A stretch of DNA of 64,000 nt from Trueperaceae bacterium. Its GTDB lineage: Bacteria > Deinococcota > Deinococci > Deinococcales > Trueperaceae. The position numbers were made by a program, and so were the translations under genes. The stretch spans positions 2,784,001 through 2,848,000 of the forward strand of contig OZ243927.1 in NCBI GenBank assembly GCA_965213925.1, in the 5' to 3' direction. The notes beneath the pieces were generated by a model. The model saw nothing but the letters and a program-made list of their open reading frames with translations. It was not told where the DNA came from and did no database searches. Shown here one piece after another: positions 48,999 through 59,275 of the stretch (within the stretch, counting starts at the first letter, position 1; every line of letters begins with the position of its first letter).

Positions 48999-49487
48999 TC
49001 ACTCTTGGGCGTTAAATTCTTCACTCACCTCGAGCACCCGCTTGACAACATCCCCCGGATACCCCCGCCGCGCTAGATACGCATACGCCTTGCTTCTTCT
49101 CTCAAAAGGCTCCCCCTTCCAGCGCCACGCCTGCTTCTCCACGAGCGTCAGCGCCGCTTGCACCTGCTCCTCTTCGCCTAATTCCTCGATAGCGGGGGTG
49201 ATGAGCTTGCCCGGCACGCCTTTCTGGTAAAGCTCTTGCTTCAAGGCTAAAGGGCCTTTTTTGCGCTTGCGGGCGCGGATGTAGTTCTCGGCGTAGAGGG
49301 CGTCGTCAACGAAGTGGAGGCGCTCGAGCTTCTCCAACACCCGCTCAATCGTCTCAGGCGTTGCCTCTTTGCGCTCGAGTTTTTTGGCGAGTTGCGCCTT
49401 CGTGTACGACTGCCGCCCCAAGAGCCACAGCACGTAGTTCCAAGCGCGTTCATACGTATAAGGTCCGCTTTTCTTCCTACCCTCCAT
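48999..49487 (-). CDS. recX: Regulatory protein RecX
   Basis: LL.RQSYT..QL..KL, FVDD..YAE, KG...LKQEL.QKG and YLARRGY. Confidence 0.88.
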   Translation of the reverse strand: MEGRKKSGPYTYERAWNYVLWLLGRQSYTKAQLAKKLERKEATPETIERVLEKLERLHFVDDALYAENYIRARKRKKGPLALKQELYQKGVPGKLITPAIEELGEEEQVQAALTLVEKQAWRWKGEPFERRSKAYAYLARRGYPGDVVKRVLEVSEEFNAQE

Positions 49488-50743
49488 CAGCCAAAGAGCC
49501 GCCCGGCGATGCTAAAGCCTGCTAAGTACGTCCCCGCCGCCGAGCCGAGCGTAGCGAGGAAGAAGACTAAGAGCGTGCGCGCCACGCGGTTGCGCCACCA
49601 GCCGCGCCACACGGTTACGTCTTGGCGGAGCGTGTTGAAGTCGCCCATCTTGGGCTTGCGCGCCCACAGCTCGATGCCCGCCGCTACAAAACCCGCGCCG
49701 ATGAGCGGGTTAAGCGAGGTCAGGGGTGCCGCGAAGAACGCGCCGATGATGGTTAGTGGATGTGCGGTAGCAATAATTGCACCGAGCGCCGTTAAGCTGC
49801 CGTTGATGAGGACCCAGTCCGTGACGAGTTGGAGCCCAAGTTCAGGGCTGCGCGAGAAGCCAATAATGAAGCCCGTAAGGACGAGTGCAACGATGAGCCA
49901 GGGAAGGACACGGAGCCAGGGGGTGCCTTTGGGGAGAGTTTCTAAGCTCTTACGCACCTCAGCAGGTTCTTTTTCAGTTGGCGTCTCGAGGTTTTGCGCC
50001 AACCCCTTGAGATGCCCTGCACCAATCACAACGAGGACGTTTTTATACGGCTTAACGTTCGTCTCCTCACGCAGCCGCACCGCCATGTACTCGTCTCGCT
50101 CGGCGATGAGCGGTCCGTAAAGTTCTTGCGAAGACTCCGCGAACTCGTTGAAGGTCGCCTCCAACATATCCCCCTCTTTGAGCTTCTCGATCTCCTCTTC
50201 CGTGACCTCTTCGCGGCTCACCACGCTCGCCAACAGCCCACCGATGAGCGTCATGCGCTGCCACCAGGGGACGTTGCGGTAGACGCGGCGCAGCGTAATG
50301 CCGATGTCGCGGTCTATTAAGAGAACGGGCAAGTCGGCATCTTTGGCAACGCGGATGGCGCGGCGCATCTCCTCGCCCGGCTGAATACCCGACTGCTCGG
50401 CGATGCGCTGCTGAAACGCGCCCAGAGCCAGTGACGCCGCCATCATGCTCGCTTTGCCCTGGCGGAAGACTTCGAAGAGGTCGGTCTTGGCCCAGCGGTC
50501 CGGGTCGGTCAGGTTCGCGTGGCGGTTCGGGTCGAGTTCGATGGCGACGGCGTCGAAGTCGCCCGTGTTGATGAGGCGCTCCACCTCGTCGGCGCTGGTT
50601 TTGGAGACGTGGGCGGTGCCCAAAATGGTGTAGCGTGCGCCGCCCTGCTCGATGATACGAAGAGGCTGCTCGGGTTTTTTCTTGGTGTGTTGTTCGGCTC
50701 GAGATTTCGTTAGCTCAGGCTGAGCGTTAGCGGTGTCGGTCAT
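49487..50743 (-). CDS. TraB/GumN (PrgY-like) family protein
   Basis: GTAHVS, ELD, PGEEM, DRDI, ERD and VIGAGH motifs; C-terminal TMs. Confidence 0.9.
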   Translation of the reverse strand: MTDTANAQPELTKSRAEQHTKKKPEQPLRIIEQGGARYTILGTAHVSKTSADEVERLINTGDFDAVAIELDPNRHANLTDPDRWAKTDLFEVFRQGKASMMAASLALGAFQQRIAEQSGIQPGEEMRRAIRVAKDADLPVLLIDRDIGITLRRVYRNVPWWQRMTLIGGLLASVVSREEVTEEEIEKLKEGDMLEATFNEFAESSQELYGPLIAERDEYMAVRLREETNVKPYKNVLVVIGAGHLKGLAQNLETPTEKEPAEVRKSLETLPKGTPWLRVLPWLIVALVLTGFIIGFSRSPELGLQLVTDWVLINGSLTALGAIIATAHPLTIIGAFFAAPLTSLNPLIGAGFVAAGIELWARKPKMGDFNTLRQDVTVWRGWWRNRVARTLLVFFLATLGSAAGTYLAGFSIAGRLFG

Positions 50744-50795
50744 CTATAGAGTGTACCTAAAGATAGTGAGGGCTCAGGTTAAGTAGGAGGTTAAA

Positions 50796-50885
50796 GAGAA
50801 AAGGACTGTTACGAAATTTTCGCTAAAGGCGAAGGGACTGAGAGAAAAGAAAAGACTTTCACCTCAGTCCTCAGTCCTTTCTACT
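50796..50885. repeat. GGACTGA/TCAGTCC heptamer palindromic element
   Basis: GAGAAAAGGACTG ... CTCAGTCCTCAGTCCTTT; related to 55564-55610 and overlaps the holA stop. Confidence 0.6.
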
Positions 50886-51812
50886 GCTTAATGATGACAA
50901 CTCGAGCGCCAACCGCTCCAACGCCCAGCCCTCATCCCCACCGGACTTCATCGCCACGTCCGCCTCCAAAATCGCTGAGAGCACCTCTTTCAACTTTGCC
51001 TCGTCCAACCCTTTCGCTAATCCTAACGCTTTTTTCGCCACGAACGGCTTGACCTTTAAGGTCTGCATGACGAGCCCATCGTTCACCGCCGCCCGGTCTT
51101 CCTTGAGCCCGACGCACCGCGCCACTAAATTGTACTGCCAGGTGAGCGCCCCTAGAACCCTGGGCGGCGCTTCCCCTTGCGCGACGAGGCTCTGGCAGAT
51201 AGCGAGCGCTTTAGCAGCTTCACCCGCCGACGCCGCTTCGATGAGGTCGAAGGCGTCCCTTGCAGCGGGTCGGTTCACAATTTCTCGCACGCGCTCGCTA
51301 TTTAAGGTTTCGTCCAAAACTTCCAACTTCTGAATCTCGGCGGCGATGCTCGGCAGGTCTTCCCCGAATAGGTCGGCTAGGGTCTGCGGAACATCTTTGT
51401 CGAACTGGACGTTCTCGGCAGTGAGTTCTTGGCGGACCCAGTGCGTGAGCGCGTTAAAGCGCGGCGTAGGAAGGTGCTCGTGTTGACCGAGTTTGGTGTA
51501 GGTCTTTTGCCTCGAGGCACTCGCATTGAGGTCGATTACGACGATGAGACTATCTTCAGGGACGTTCTCGAGCGCTTTTAAGACCTCATTGCGCGGCTTG
51601 ACGCCCGCTTGACCCTTAAAGGCGGCGTCGAAGTCGAGAAGTAGTGCGACTTGACCAAAGAGTCCCGACTGCGCGGCGAGTTGCGCGACTTGGGGTGCGT
51701 CCATCCCTTCGCCGAGTTCGGTCACTTCGTCCAGTTTGAAACCTCTGGCTTGGAGGGCGCGGCGGGCGGCTCTGGTCGCTAAGAATTCGTCACCGCTAAA
51801 GGAGAGGATCAC
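50871..51812 (-). CDS. holA: DNA polymerase III delta subunit
   Basis: GDEFL, SGLFG, EIQKL, AFDLIEA and D.AMKSG pattern. Confidence 0.85.
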   Translation of the reverse strand: MILSFSGDEFLATRAARRALQARGFKLDEVTELGEGMDAPQVAQLAAQSGLFGQVALLLDFDAAFKGQAGVKPRNEVLKALENVPEDSLIVVIDLNASASRQKTYTKLGQHEHLPTPRFNALTHWVRQELTAENVQFDKDVPQTLADLFGEDLPSIAAEIQKLEVLDETLNSERVREIVNRPAARDAFDLIEAASAGEAAKALAICQSLVAQGEAPPRVLGALTWQYNLVARCVGLKEDRAAVNDGLVMQTLKVKPFVAKKALGLAKGLDEAKLKEVLSAILEADVAMKSGGDEGWALERLALELSSLSSRKD

Positions 51813-51860
51813 GGGTTTAGTTTACCTCTTGGCCAAGCAAAATGCTGATATGCTCCTCTT

Positions 51861-52640
51861 ATGTTGGCGAAACGCATCATCCCCTGCTTGGACGTTCATA
51901 ATGGCAGAACGACGAGAGGTCAGCAGTTCGGACAGGTCGAAAAGGGCGAACTCGTGGACGTGGGCGACCCCGTCGAGCTAGCGCTCCGCTATAACGAACA
52001 GGGCGCGGATGAACTCGTCTTTTACGACATCACCGCCACGAGCGAGGGGCGGGCGCTGATTACGGATGTCATCACGCGAGTGGCAGAGCAGTGCTTTATG
52101 CCCTTAACCGTCGGCGGCGGCGTGCGCACCCTTGCGGACTTTCGCACCCTCTTTTTAGCGGGCGCGGACAAGGTCTCTATCAATTCGGGCGCGGTTTCTA
52201 ACCCGAAGGTCGTGCGCGAAGCAGCCGAGCACTACGGCTCGCAGGCGGTAGTTTTCTCCATTGACGCGAAAAAGCGTGAGGACGGCAACGGCTGGGAAGT
52301 CTACGTCGCGGGCGGGCGGAAGAAGACGGGGCTGGATTTGCTCGAGTGGGCCGTGCGAGGTCAAGCACTCGGCGCGGGCGAAATCGTCTTGAACAGTATC
52401 GACGCGGACGGAATGAAGACGGGGTATGACTTAGAGGCGACGAAGTTAGTGGCTCGGGCGGTAGATATTCCCGTCGTCGCCTCGGGCGGCGCGGGCAACG
52501 CTCAGCATATGCGAGAGGTCCTGAAAGAGAGCGAGGCGGACGCGGCTCTTGCAGCAGGTATTTTTCATAGAGGTGAGACAACCGTGGGCGAGGTCAAGCG
52601 GCTCTTGGCGGAAGAGGACGTACACGTGAGGCTTGTCTGA
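51861..52640 (+). CDS. hisF: Imidazole glycerol phosphate synthase subunit HisF
   Basis: [12 protein letters not shown] reads on the + strand at 51861 (the ORF track strand label is wrong); GADKVSINS and ASGGAG motifs. Confidence 0.96.
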   Translation: MLAKRIIPCLDVHNGRTTRGQQFGQVEKGELVDVGDPVELALRYNEQGADELVFYDITATSEGRALITDVITRVAEQCFMPLTVGGGVRTLADFRTLFLAGADKVSINSGAVSNPKVVREAAEHYGSQAVVFSIDAKKREDGNGWEVYVAGGRKKTGLDLLEWAVRGQALGAGEIVLNSIDADGMKTGYDLEATKLVARAVDIPVVASGGAGNAQHMREVLKESEADAALAAGIFHRGETTVGEVKRLLAEEDVHVRLV

Positions 52641-53143
52641 TGGATATTGTTATCAGGAAAATTGAGATGGCAGACGCTCGAGGCTACTGGTCTGCCTTTG
52701 CCGAGGTCGCCAAGGAAAAGAAACACCTCTTGAGAACAAAACCACCCCCTTTTGAACAGACTGAGTCATTTATACAGTCGAACCTCGAGAAAAACCACGC
52801 TCACTATGTCGCAGTGCAGGGCGATACGATTATCGGTGAAGCGTCTATCATCCCGCTGAGCCGTCCCACCATGACTCATGTCGGCGTGCTCGGTATGTTC
52901 GTCGTTGCCGACTACCGCGGTCAAGGCGTCGGGAGTCAACTGCTTGACAAAGTGATCGAACATGCCTGGTCCAGGGGCTTGAAGCGGTTGGAGTTAGAGG
53001 TCTTCGCCGACAACGAGCCCGCCATTCGGCTCTATAAAAAGTATGGCTACGTTCAAGAGGGCGTCAAGCGGTATGCCCGGTTTATAGATGGTCAGTATCA
53101 GGACCTTGTTATCATGGCGCAGTACTGTATTAAGAGACATTGA
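52640..53143 (+). CDS. GNAT N-acetyltransferase
   Basis: YRGQGVG and LEV..DN..AI.LY.KYG motifs. Confidence 0.88.
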   Translation: MDIVIRKIEMADARGYWSAFAEVAKEKKHLLRTKPPPFEQTESFIQSNLEKNHAHYVAVQGDTIIGEASIIPLSRPTMTHVGVLGMFVVADYRGQGVGSQLLDKVIEHAWSRGLKRLELEVFADNEPAIRLYKKYGYVQEGVKRYARFIDGQYQDLVIMAQYCIKRH

Positions 53144-53165
53144 TGTGGGGCTGCTATAGTTGCGT

Positions 53166-53396
53166 ATGGCAGACACCTTAGACCGCATCACCTTCGACCC
53201 CAAAGTCATGGGCGGCAAACCCTGTATTCGCGGCATGAGAGTGACGGTAGGAACGCTCGTTGGGCTCGTCGCCGCTGGCAAATCCTTCGAAGAGGTGTTG
53301 ACCGCTTACCCTTACATAGAGAAAGAGGATATTCAGCAAGCGCTCTCTTACGCGGCGTGGCGTAGTGAAGAGGTCGAGCTACCTTTAGCAGGTTGA
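53166..53396 (+). CDS. DUF433 antitoxin
   Basis: RIT.DP.VMGGKPCIRGMRVTV motif. Confidence 0.9.
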   Translation: MADTLDRITFDPKVMGGKPCIRGMRVTVGTLVGLVAAGKSFEEVLTAYPYIEKEDIQQALSYAAWRSEEVELPLAG

Positions 53397-53399
53397 TAG

Positions 53400-53763
53400 T
53401 TGAAGCTCCTTATCGACATAAACCTCTCGCCCACATGGTGCGCTGCTCTGACAAGACGTGGAATAGAAGCGCGTCACTGGTCTGAGATGGGCAGTAGCGA
53501 CGCACCCGACAGCGAAATTCTCACCCACGCGCAGGCAAACGGTTACATTATTTTTACGAACGACTTAGGGCGCTATTTTGGCAAATACGAAGGGGCGTGG
53601 TCCAAGCGTCATTCAAGTGCGTGCACAAGCCCTTCTTCCCGAAGATTTGCAAGAGGTCGTCTTGGCAGCGTTGCGTCAGTTCTCTAGTGAGCTTGCCGAA
53701 GGTGCGCTCATCATTATCGACTCAACAAAAACTCGAGTCAGACTTCTCCCGCTCAACCTTTGA
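53400..53763 (+). pseudogene. DUF5615 PIN-like toxin, frameshifted
   Basis: MKLLIDINLSP..APD.EI..TNDL, then GAILA..GPSVIQVR..R.RLLPL in another frame; apparent 5-nt deletion near 53568. Confidence 0.8.
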
Positions 53764-53772
53764 AGGTACGAT

Positions 53773-54912
53773 ATGACCAAAAAATACAACCTCGAGACTC
53801 TCGCTGTCCATGCAGGCTTAGAAACCGACCCTGCCACGGGCGCGCTCATCCCGCCGATTCACCTCTCAACGACGTTTGAGCGGGAAAAAGACGGCTCTTA
53901 CCCGCACGGGCACGTCTACACGAGGACGAGCAACCCGAACCGGGCGGCGTTAGAAGAGGCGTTGGCGCGGCTCGAGAACGGTGCAGCGGCAGCCGCTTTC
54001 TCCTCGGGCTCCGCCGCCGCTGGCGCAGTCTTCCGCGCCCTTAGACCGGGCGACCACGCGATTGTTCCCGACGACATGTATCACGGCATTGCCAAACTCT
54101 TAAAAGAGGTCTTCATCCCTTGGGGACTGAAAGTTGACTTCGTTGACCTCACGGATTTAGACGCACTGCGCAGTTCTTTAGGGAAAGAGACGAAACTGGT
54201 ATGGCTCGAGACCCCCTCCAACCCCCTCCTAAAAATCACCGACATCGCCGCCGTTACTGAGATTGCGCGCGAGGCGGGAGCCGTCGTCGCTTCGGACAGC
54301 ACCTGGACGCCGCCGCCCCTTCAGCCCGTTTTCGACCTCGGCGCAGACCTCATTGTGCACTCCACGACGAAGTACCTCTCCGGTCACAGTGACGTCTTGG
54401 GCGGCGCAGTCGTGGCGAAAGAGGAAAGCGACCTCTTGGAGCGCGTCCGCATGGTGCAGACGACGGAAGGTGCAGTTCCCTCCCCTTTCGACTGCTGGCT
54501 CGTCTTACGAGGAATACGCACACTTCCCTACCGGATGCGGGCACACTGCGAGAACGCGCAGAAGTTAGCGGAATTCTTAGATGAGCACGCTAACGTCGAG
54601 GCGGTGCACTATCCGAGCTTGGCGCGTCATCCAGGTCATGAGGTTGCTAAGAAGCAAATGTACGCTTGGGGTGGGATGCTCTCGTTTCGGGTGAAAGGAA
54701 CGGCAGAGGATGCGATGAAGGTGGCGGCGAACGTCGAGCTGTTTACCAGGGCGACGAGCTTGGGCGGGGTGGAGAGTCTGATTGAACACCGCGCCTCTAT
54801 AGAGGGTCCGCAGTCGCAGACGCCGCAGAATTTGCTGAGGGTGTCAGCGGGGCTCGAGCACCCCGACGACCTCATCAACGACCTCTCGCAAGCTTTAGCT
54901 ACCCTGAACTAA
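53773..54912 (+). CDS. Cys/Met PLP-dependent enzyme (cystathionine gamma-synthase/lyase family)
   Basis: YTRTSNP, WLETPSNP, HSTTKYLSGHSD and SLGGVESL motifs. Confidence 0.92.
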   Translation: MTKKYNLETLAVHAGLETDPATGALIPPIHLSTTFEREKDGSYPHGHVYTRTSNPNRAALEEALARLENGAAAAAFSSGSAAAGAVFRALRPGDHAIVPDDMYHGIAKLLKEVFIPWGLKVDFVDLTDLDALRSSLGKETKLVWLETPSNPLLKITDIAAVTEIAREAGAVVASDSTWTPPPLQPVFDLGADLIVHSTTKYLSGHSDVLGGAVVAKEESDLLERVRMVQTTEGAVPSPFDCWLVLRGIRTLPYRMRAHCENAQKLAEFLDEHANVEAVHYPSLARHPGHEVAKKQMYAWGGMLSFRVKGTAEDAMKVAANVELFTRATSLGGVESLIEHRASIEGPQSQTPQNLLRVSAGLEHPDDLINDLSQALATLN

Positions 54913-54928
54913 GAGGTAGACTGAGCGA

Positions 54929-55558
54929 ATGTCCGACCTATCCACCGTTCCAACTGTCAATTTCGATGAACGCGGTCTCGTCCCGGTCGTGACCCAAGAC
55001 GCCCTGACCGGCGAAGTCTTGATGCTCGCTTATGCCAACCGTGAGGCGCTAGAGAAGACGCTCGAGACCTCCCAGGCCCACTACTACAGCCGCTCGAGGG
55101 GTGAACTCTGGCGCAAAGGTGCCACCAGCGGCAACACGCAAGAGGTCACTGAAGTGCGCGTAGACTGCGACGAAGACGCGCTTCTTTACCGCGTGAAGCA
55201 ATCTGGACCCGCATGTCATACAGGCGAGAGGTCGTGCTTTTACCGCTCGTCGGACGAGGGGCAGACCTCTTTAGGGGAGACGATGGCGCTTTTGGAGCGG
55301 GTCGTGAACGAGAGGCTCGAGACGCTCCCCGAAGGTTCCTACGTCACGAAGATGCACGAAAGAGGTAAGGGGTACGTCGCGCAGAAAGTCGTCGAAGAGG
55401 CGGGCGAAAGTATCGTGGCGGCGCTCGAGAACAAACCAGATGAACTCACCAGCGAAGCGGCGGACCTCTTGTTTCACCTCACCGTCCTCTTGCGCGAGAG
55501 CGGCGTGAGTTTGCAAAAGGTGGCGGATGAACTTGTAAAGCGTCATCAAACTAAATAA
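54929..55558 (+). CDS. hisIE: Bifunctional PR-AMP cyclohydrolase / PR-ATP pyrophosphatase
   Basis: SRSR.ELW.KG.TSG, DCD.D, ACHTG..SCF, KVVEE and EAADLLFH motifs. Confidence 0.95.
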   Translation: MSDLSTVPTVNFDERGLVPVVTQDALTGEVLMLAYANREALEKTLETSQAHYYSRSRGELWRKGATSGNTQEVTEVRVDCDEDALLYRVKQSGPACHTGERSCFYRSSDEGQTSLGETMALLERVVNERLETLPEGSYVTKMHERGKGYVAQKVVEEAGESIVAALENKPDELTSEAADLLFHLTVLLRESGVSLQKVADELVKRHQTK

Positions 55559-55563
55559 TGGTC

Positions 55564-55640
55564 GAGAGAAAAGGACTGAGTGCTGAGGACTGAGGTTAAA
55601 ATCTTTTCTCCCTGCGAGGGTTTTCAACTCATTGCTGCTT
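55564..55640. repeat. Hybrid heptamer element (GGACTGA left arm, TCATTGC right arm)
   Basis: GAGAAAAGGACTGAGTGCTGAGGACTGAG ... TTTCAACTCATTGCTGC. Confidence 0.55.
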
Positions 55641-55702
55641 CTTGTTTACCTACGGGAGAGATACACCACCTCTCATCGCTGCGAGCCGTGTCACCATGCG
55701 GT

Positions 55703-56761
55703 ATGACCACACACGCAGCCGAAGACGCTAAAACGGAAAACCCCGAAAAGCCCAAAAAGCGCCCCCGTAAGCAGAATAAAGCGGTGGATATGGAACGCGC
55801 TTTAGTCCTCGACACCGTGCGCATCACCGAACAAGCCGCCATCGCCGCGAGCCGCGTAGCGGGCAAAGGCGACTCCGACTTGGTCGACCAAGCGGGCACC
55901 GACGCCATGCGCCGCGTCCTGAACGAACTCGACATCGACGGCGAGATCGTCATCGGTGAGGGCGAGCGCGACGAAGCGCCGATGCTCTATATCGGTGAGA
56001 AGCTTGGCAGGGGCGGCGAAGGCGCGTGGGCGGTGGATATCGCAGTGGACCCCGTCGAGGGCACGGGCATCACCGCGCGCATGGTGAATAACTCGGTGGC
56101 GGTCATCGCCATTGCCGAAAAGGGCGGGCTTTTTCAAGCCCCCGACACCTACATGGAAAAGCTCATCGTTGGGCCGCCAGCGGCGGGCAAGGTAGATATC
56201 ACCTGGCCCGTCGCAGCGAACCTGAGCGCGGTGGCGCAGAGTTTGGACCGCTCGGTTGAGGATTTGACCGTCGTCATTTTAGACCGTCCGCGCCACGCCG
56301 ACCTCTTGAAGCAGGTGAGGGGGGCGGGCGCACGGGTCAAGCTCATCGGCGACGGCGACGTGATCGCGGCGCTCTCGGCGGCGGTGCGCGGTACGAACGT
56401 CCACGCGGTCATGGGCATCGGCGGTGCGCCCGAAGGGGTCTTAGCGGCGGCGGCTTTGAAGTGTTTGGGCGGCGAGATTCAAGGGCGGTTCAAGCCGCGC
56501 AATGAGAGCGAGCAGAAGCGGCTCGAGTCGATGGGCGCGTCTACCGGACAGGTTTACAAGACCGAAGACTTAGCGCCGGGGCAAAACATCGTCTTTAGCG
56601 CCACGGGCATCACCGACGGCGACCTCTTAAACGGCGTGCGCTTTTTCAAGAACGGCGCACGCACGCACTCGATTTCGATGGGGTATCAGTCGCGGGTCTT
56701 GCGACTCGCAGACGCGGTTCACCTCTTAGGGGACGGGGCGCGGGTGACAATTCAGGTATAA
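55703..56761 (+). CDS. glpX: Fructose-1,6-bisphosphatase class II
   Basis: [27 protein letters not shown] and GIGGAPEGV motifs. Start uncertain (55703 or 55790). Confidence 0.95.
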   Translation: MTTHAAEDAKTENPEKPKKRPRKQNKAVDMERALVLDTVRITEQAAIAASRVAGKGDSDLVDQAGTDAMRRVLNELDIDGEIVIGEGERDEAPMLYIGEKLGRGGEGAWAVDIAVDPVEGTGITARMVNNSVAVIAIAEKGGLFQAPDTYMEKLIVGPPAAGKVDITWPVAANLSAVAQSLDRSVEDLTVVILDRPRHADLLKQVRGAGARVKLIGDGDVIAALSAAVRGTNVHAVMGIGGAPEGVLAAAALKCLGGEIQGRFKPRNESEQKRLESMGASTGQVYKTEDLAPGQNIVFSATGITDGDLLNGVRFFKNGARTHSISMGYQSRVLRLADAVHLLGDGARVTIQV

Positions 56762-56921
56762 AGTCTAGTTGTAGCATGTATAGCGGTTATCGGAAGTATT
56801 GGAGCGAAATGGCGCAGGTATCATCACTTGAAGTGCGTGCTACACGATGTTCTATAACGTGAGGTTGGTTCAAACCAGATGATACCTGCTATAAATAACA
56901 GAAAGTTGTTCAAACTTGCGT

Positions 56922-57224
56922 CTAAGCAGCTTCATCAACTTCAGGCACATCTTTAGCTTTGATGAAAGTCAAAATGGCGAGTCCTAATATACCTGTAGCG
57001 AAACAGAAAATGCCTAAGATGTATCGTCTCTTGCCGATAGCGAGAACGATGTTACCGCTAAACATCGCGAGGAATCCGATAATCCCAGCAACGGCATAAA
57101 TAGGTGAGTCTTCACTCACTAACCCAAGAAATATGGGTAAGAGGCAGACAAAGGCGGTTGCTGCTAAAAAGTAGCCAATGTCTTTTGCGTAAACTGAAAA
57201 TCTAACAAGAATACTGGTGATCAT
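56922..57224 (-). CDS. Hypothetical membrane protein (low GC)
   Basis: Three hydrophobic segments. Confidence 0.5.
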   Translation of the reverse strand: MITSILVRFSVYAKDIGYFLAATAFVCLLPIFLGLVSEDSPIYAVAGIIGFLAMFSGNIVLAIGKRRYILGIFCFATGILGLAILTFIKAKDVPEVDEAA

Positions 57225-57296
57225 GAAATTATTTTAGAAAACGACTGCTTTTCAAGATGTGATAAAAACTGTTCCTAACAAGATTTTTAGTTTTTC

Positions 57297-57758
57297 TTAC
57301 GCCGTACAGGTGCAGCCGCACTCGAGCCTCACCTCTACCGGAGAGATGTACCTCTCCACTCCGTCGCGCCGAACATGCAAGACGACAAGCGTATAGGGGT
57401 TAAATACAACTACGTCCTTGACCCCTTGCGAGAGGTAGAACTGCGGTCCAATCTCCAAGTCTTTCGCTTCATACCCTTTGCTGATAACCTCAATCACCGC
57501 TTCGGGTACGAGGGTGACAGCCTCTTCTTGTTCGTCAGGTTCGCGGCAGAAGACAGAGATGTCAGGGCGTTTGAGAGAGCCGTCAAGGAAGCTCACATAA
57601 ATATTTGCAGTGCGAAAACACGACCCTCGAATACTCGAGCGAATCCTATCCACCGCTTTTTGATGTTTGTAGACGGGGTGCGGCTCCCAGATGGGCAAGC
57701 CCGCAACCATCTCTAAACGGATGCCTAGTTCGTCGGCGCGGAGGTACTTGGGGTCCAT
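57297..57758 (-). CDS. Uma2 family endonuclease-like protein
   Basis: RPDISV..PEAVIEVIS..Y...GV. Confidence 0.85.
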   Translation of the reverse strand: MDPKYLRADELGIRLEMVAGLPIWEPHPVYKHQKAVDRIRSSIRGSCFRTANIYVSFLDGSLKRPDISVFCREPDEQEEAVTLVPEAVIEVISKGYEAKDLEIGPQFYLSQGVKDVVVFNPYTLVVLHVRRDGVERYISPVEVRLECGCTCTA

Positions 57759-57833
57759 GACTCGAGGGTATCACGCTTTTTTCTAGGTCGTAAAAATCTT
57801 TTATCTTTGTGAGTAGTGCAGTAAGATGGAAGT

Positions 57834-58433
57834 ATGACGCTCCTAAAGCCGCAACCTAAATCCCTCCCCTACGAGCCGCGCACGTTTACTTACCGCGAAC
57901 TCCTGGCGATGGAGCGTGCGGGCATCATCGGTGAAGACGAGCGCGTCGAACTTTTGAACGGGAGCATCGTCCCTATGACCGTCAGCCCGCCTCACGCGAC
58001 CGTGGTACGCGAACTCACCAAAACGCTGTCCTTAGCTTTCCTGGAAGTTGCTGAGTTAGACGTACAGAACCCGCTCCGGCTATCAACCGATCTCGACGAC
58101 CGCCAACTGCCTATACCTGACCTGATGCTCTTAGCGCAACGCGGCTACACCGACCACTCACAGCCTGAAGACGTATACCTTCTTATCGAAGTGTCCGATA
58201 CGACGCTCCTCAAAGACCGCAAGGTGAAGCTGCCGCTTTACGCAGCAGCGGGGGTGGGTGAGGTCTGGCTCTTCAACCTCGCCAACAAGCGCTTAGAGGT
58301 CTATACCGAACCGCTGGACGAGGTGTACAGGACGCGGCGCACGCTCGAGCTGAGCGAGCGGGTTGCGCCGCAGCGCTTTCCTGGCAGAGCCCAAATGTGG
58401 CTCAGCGGAGCGACCGTAAAGCGGTTACCCTAA
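57834..58433 (+). CDS. Uma2 family endonuclease-like protein
   Basis: ERVELLNG, PDL, LIEVSDTTL.KDR.VKL.LYA.AG..EVW. Confidence 0.9.
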   Translation: MTLLKPQPKSLPYEPRTFTYRELLAMERAGIIGEDERVELLNGSIVPMTVSPPHATVVRELTKTLSLAFLEVAELDVQNPLRLSTDLDDRQLPIPDLMLLAQRGYTDHSQPEDVYLLIEVSDTTLLKDRKVKLPLYAAAGVGEVWLFNLANKRLEVYTEPLDEVYRTRRTLELSERVAPQRFPGRAQMWLSGATVKRLP

Positions 58434-58643
58434 CACCAAACTGAGGTTTGGATGTCAAAAGTCGAGCAGATTAACAGGCGTTTTAAGCTGGTCTTCGGGC
58501 TGCGCGGTAACAGTTGAGGCGAAGCTCGCTCGGAGCGCGTCCGCGAAGCCAGAGACGCCGCGAAAGGGTCTTAGAGGACATGACTGAGCATACCGCTAAA
58601 GACAGCGTGGAATAGGGCGACCTTGCGCTATGATAGTTCTAAC

Positions 58644-58874
58644 ATGGAACGTTTGAAAATCACCTTGCCCGCAGAGCTTAAAACTCGAGCCGAAACCTTA
58701 GCGCGTGAAGAGGGTGTTTCGTTAGACGAACTAATTCGCCAGTCTCTACAAGATAAAGTTGGACGTGCGCCAAGCGCAGAACAAGACCCCTTCTTTGACG
58801 ATCATGAAACCTTTTCTGGAGACGTGCCTTCTGATCTCTCTGCGAACCACGACAAGTATCTCTACGACGAGTGA
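58644..58874 (+). CDS. RHH/CopG antitoxin
   Basis: ITLP.EL...A..EGVS..ELIR..L; SDLS.NHDKYLY tail. Confidence 0.85.
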   Translation: MERLKITLPAELKTRAETLAREEGVSLDELIRQSLQDKVGRAPSAEQDPFFDDHETFSGDVPSDLSANHDKYLYDE

Positions 58875-59275
58875 CTTTCATAGATACGGGAGCTTTCTTA
58901 GCGCGTTACTTAGAACGCGACCAACATTACAAAGAAGCGGCTGATGTATGGCAGCAACTAGGACGAGAAAGACCCCAGCTCTTCACCAGTAACTTCGTGT
59001 TGGACGAAACCCTAACCCTCTTGTCGCGCCGCTCGAGCTACCCCTTTGCAGCATCTAAGGCGAGAACGATTTTTACGTCGAACGCCTTCACTATTCTACG
59101 CCCTTCTATTCAGGACGAACTCGCCAGTTTAACGCTATTCGAAAAGTACGCTGACCAGAAGATTAGCTTTACAGATTGTGTTTCGTTTACGCTCGCGCGC
59201 AAGGTCGGGCTCAAACAGGTATTCACCTTCGACAAGCATTTTCTTTGCGCAGGCTTTGAGGTTATTCCTTCGTGA
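58871..59275 (+). CDS. vapC: PIN-domain toxin (VapC)
   Basis: FIDTG..E..SFTDC.SF..FTFD.HF..GF. Confidence 0.9.
   Translation: MTFIDTGAFLARYLERDQHYKEAADVWQQLGRERPQLFTSNFVLDETLTLLSRRSSYPFAASKARTIFTSNAFTILRPSIQDELASLTLFEKYADQKISFTDCVSFTLARKVGLKQVFTFDKHFLCAGFEVIPS

Noticed and set aside
49487..50743. TraB-family gene as a conjugation system
   Set aside because: It is the TraB/PrgY/GumN family among housekeeping genes, with no T4SS or relaxase.
51861..52640. ORF track labels the HisF ORF as minus strand
   Set aside because: The + strand reads ATGTTGGCGAAACGCATC (MLAKRI) at 51861, so the gene is on +.
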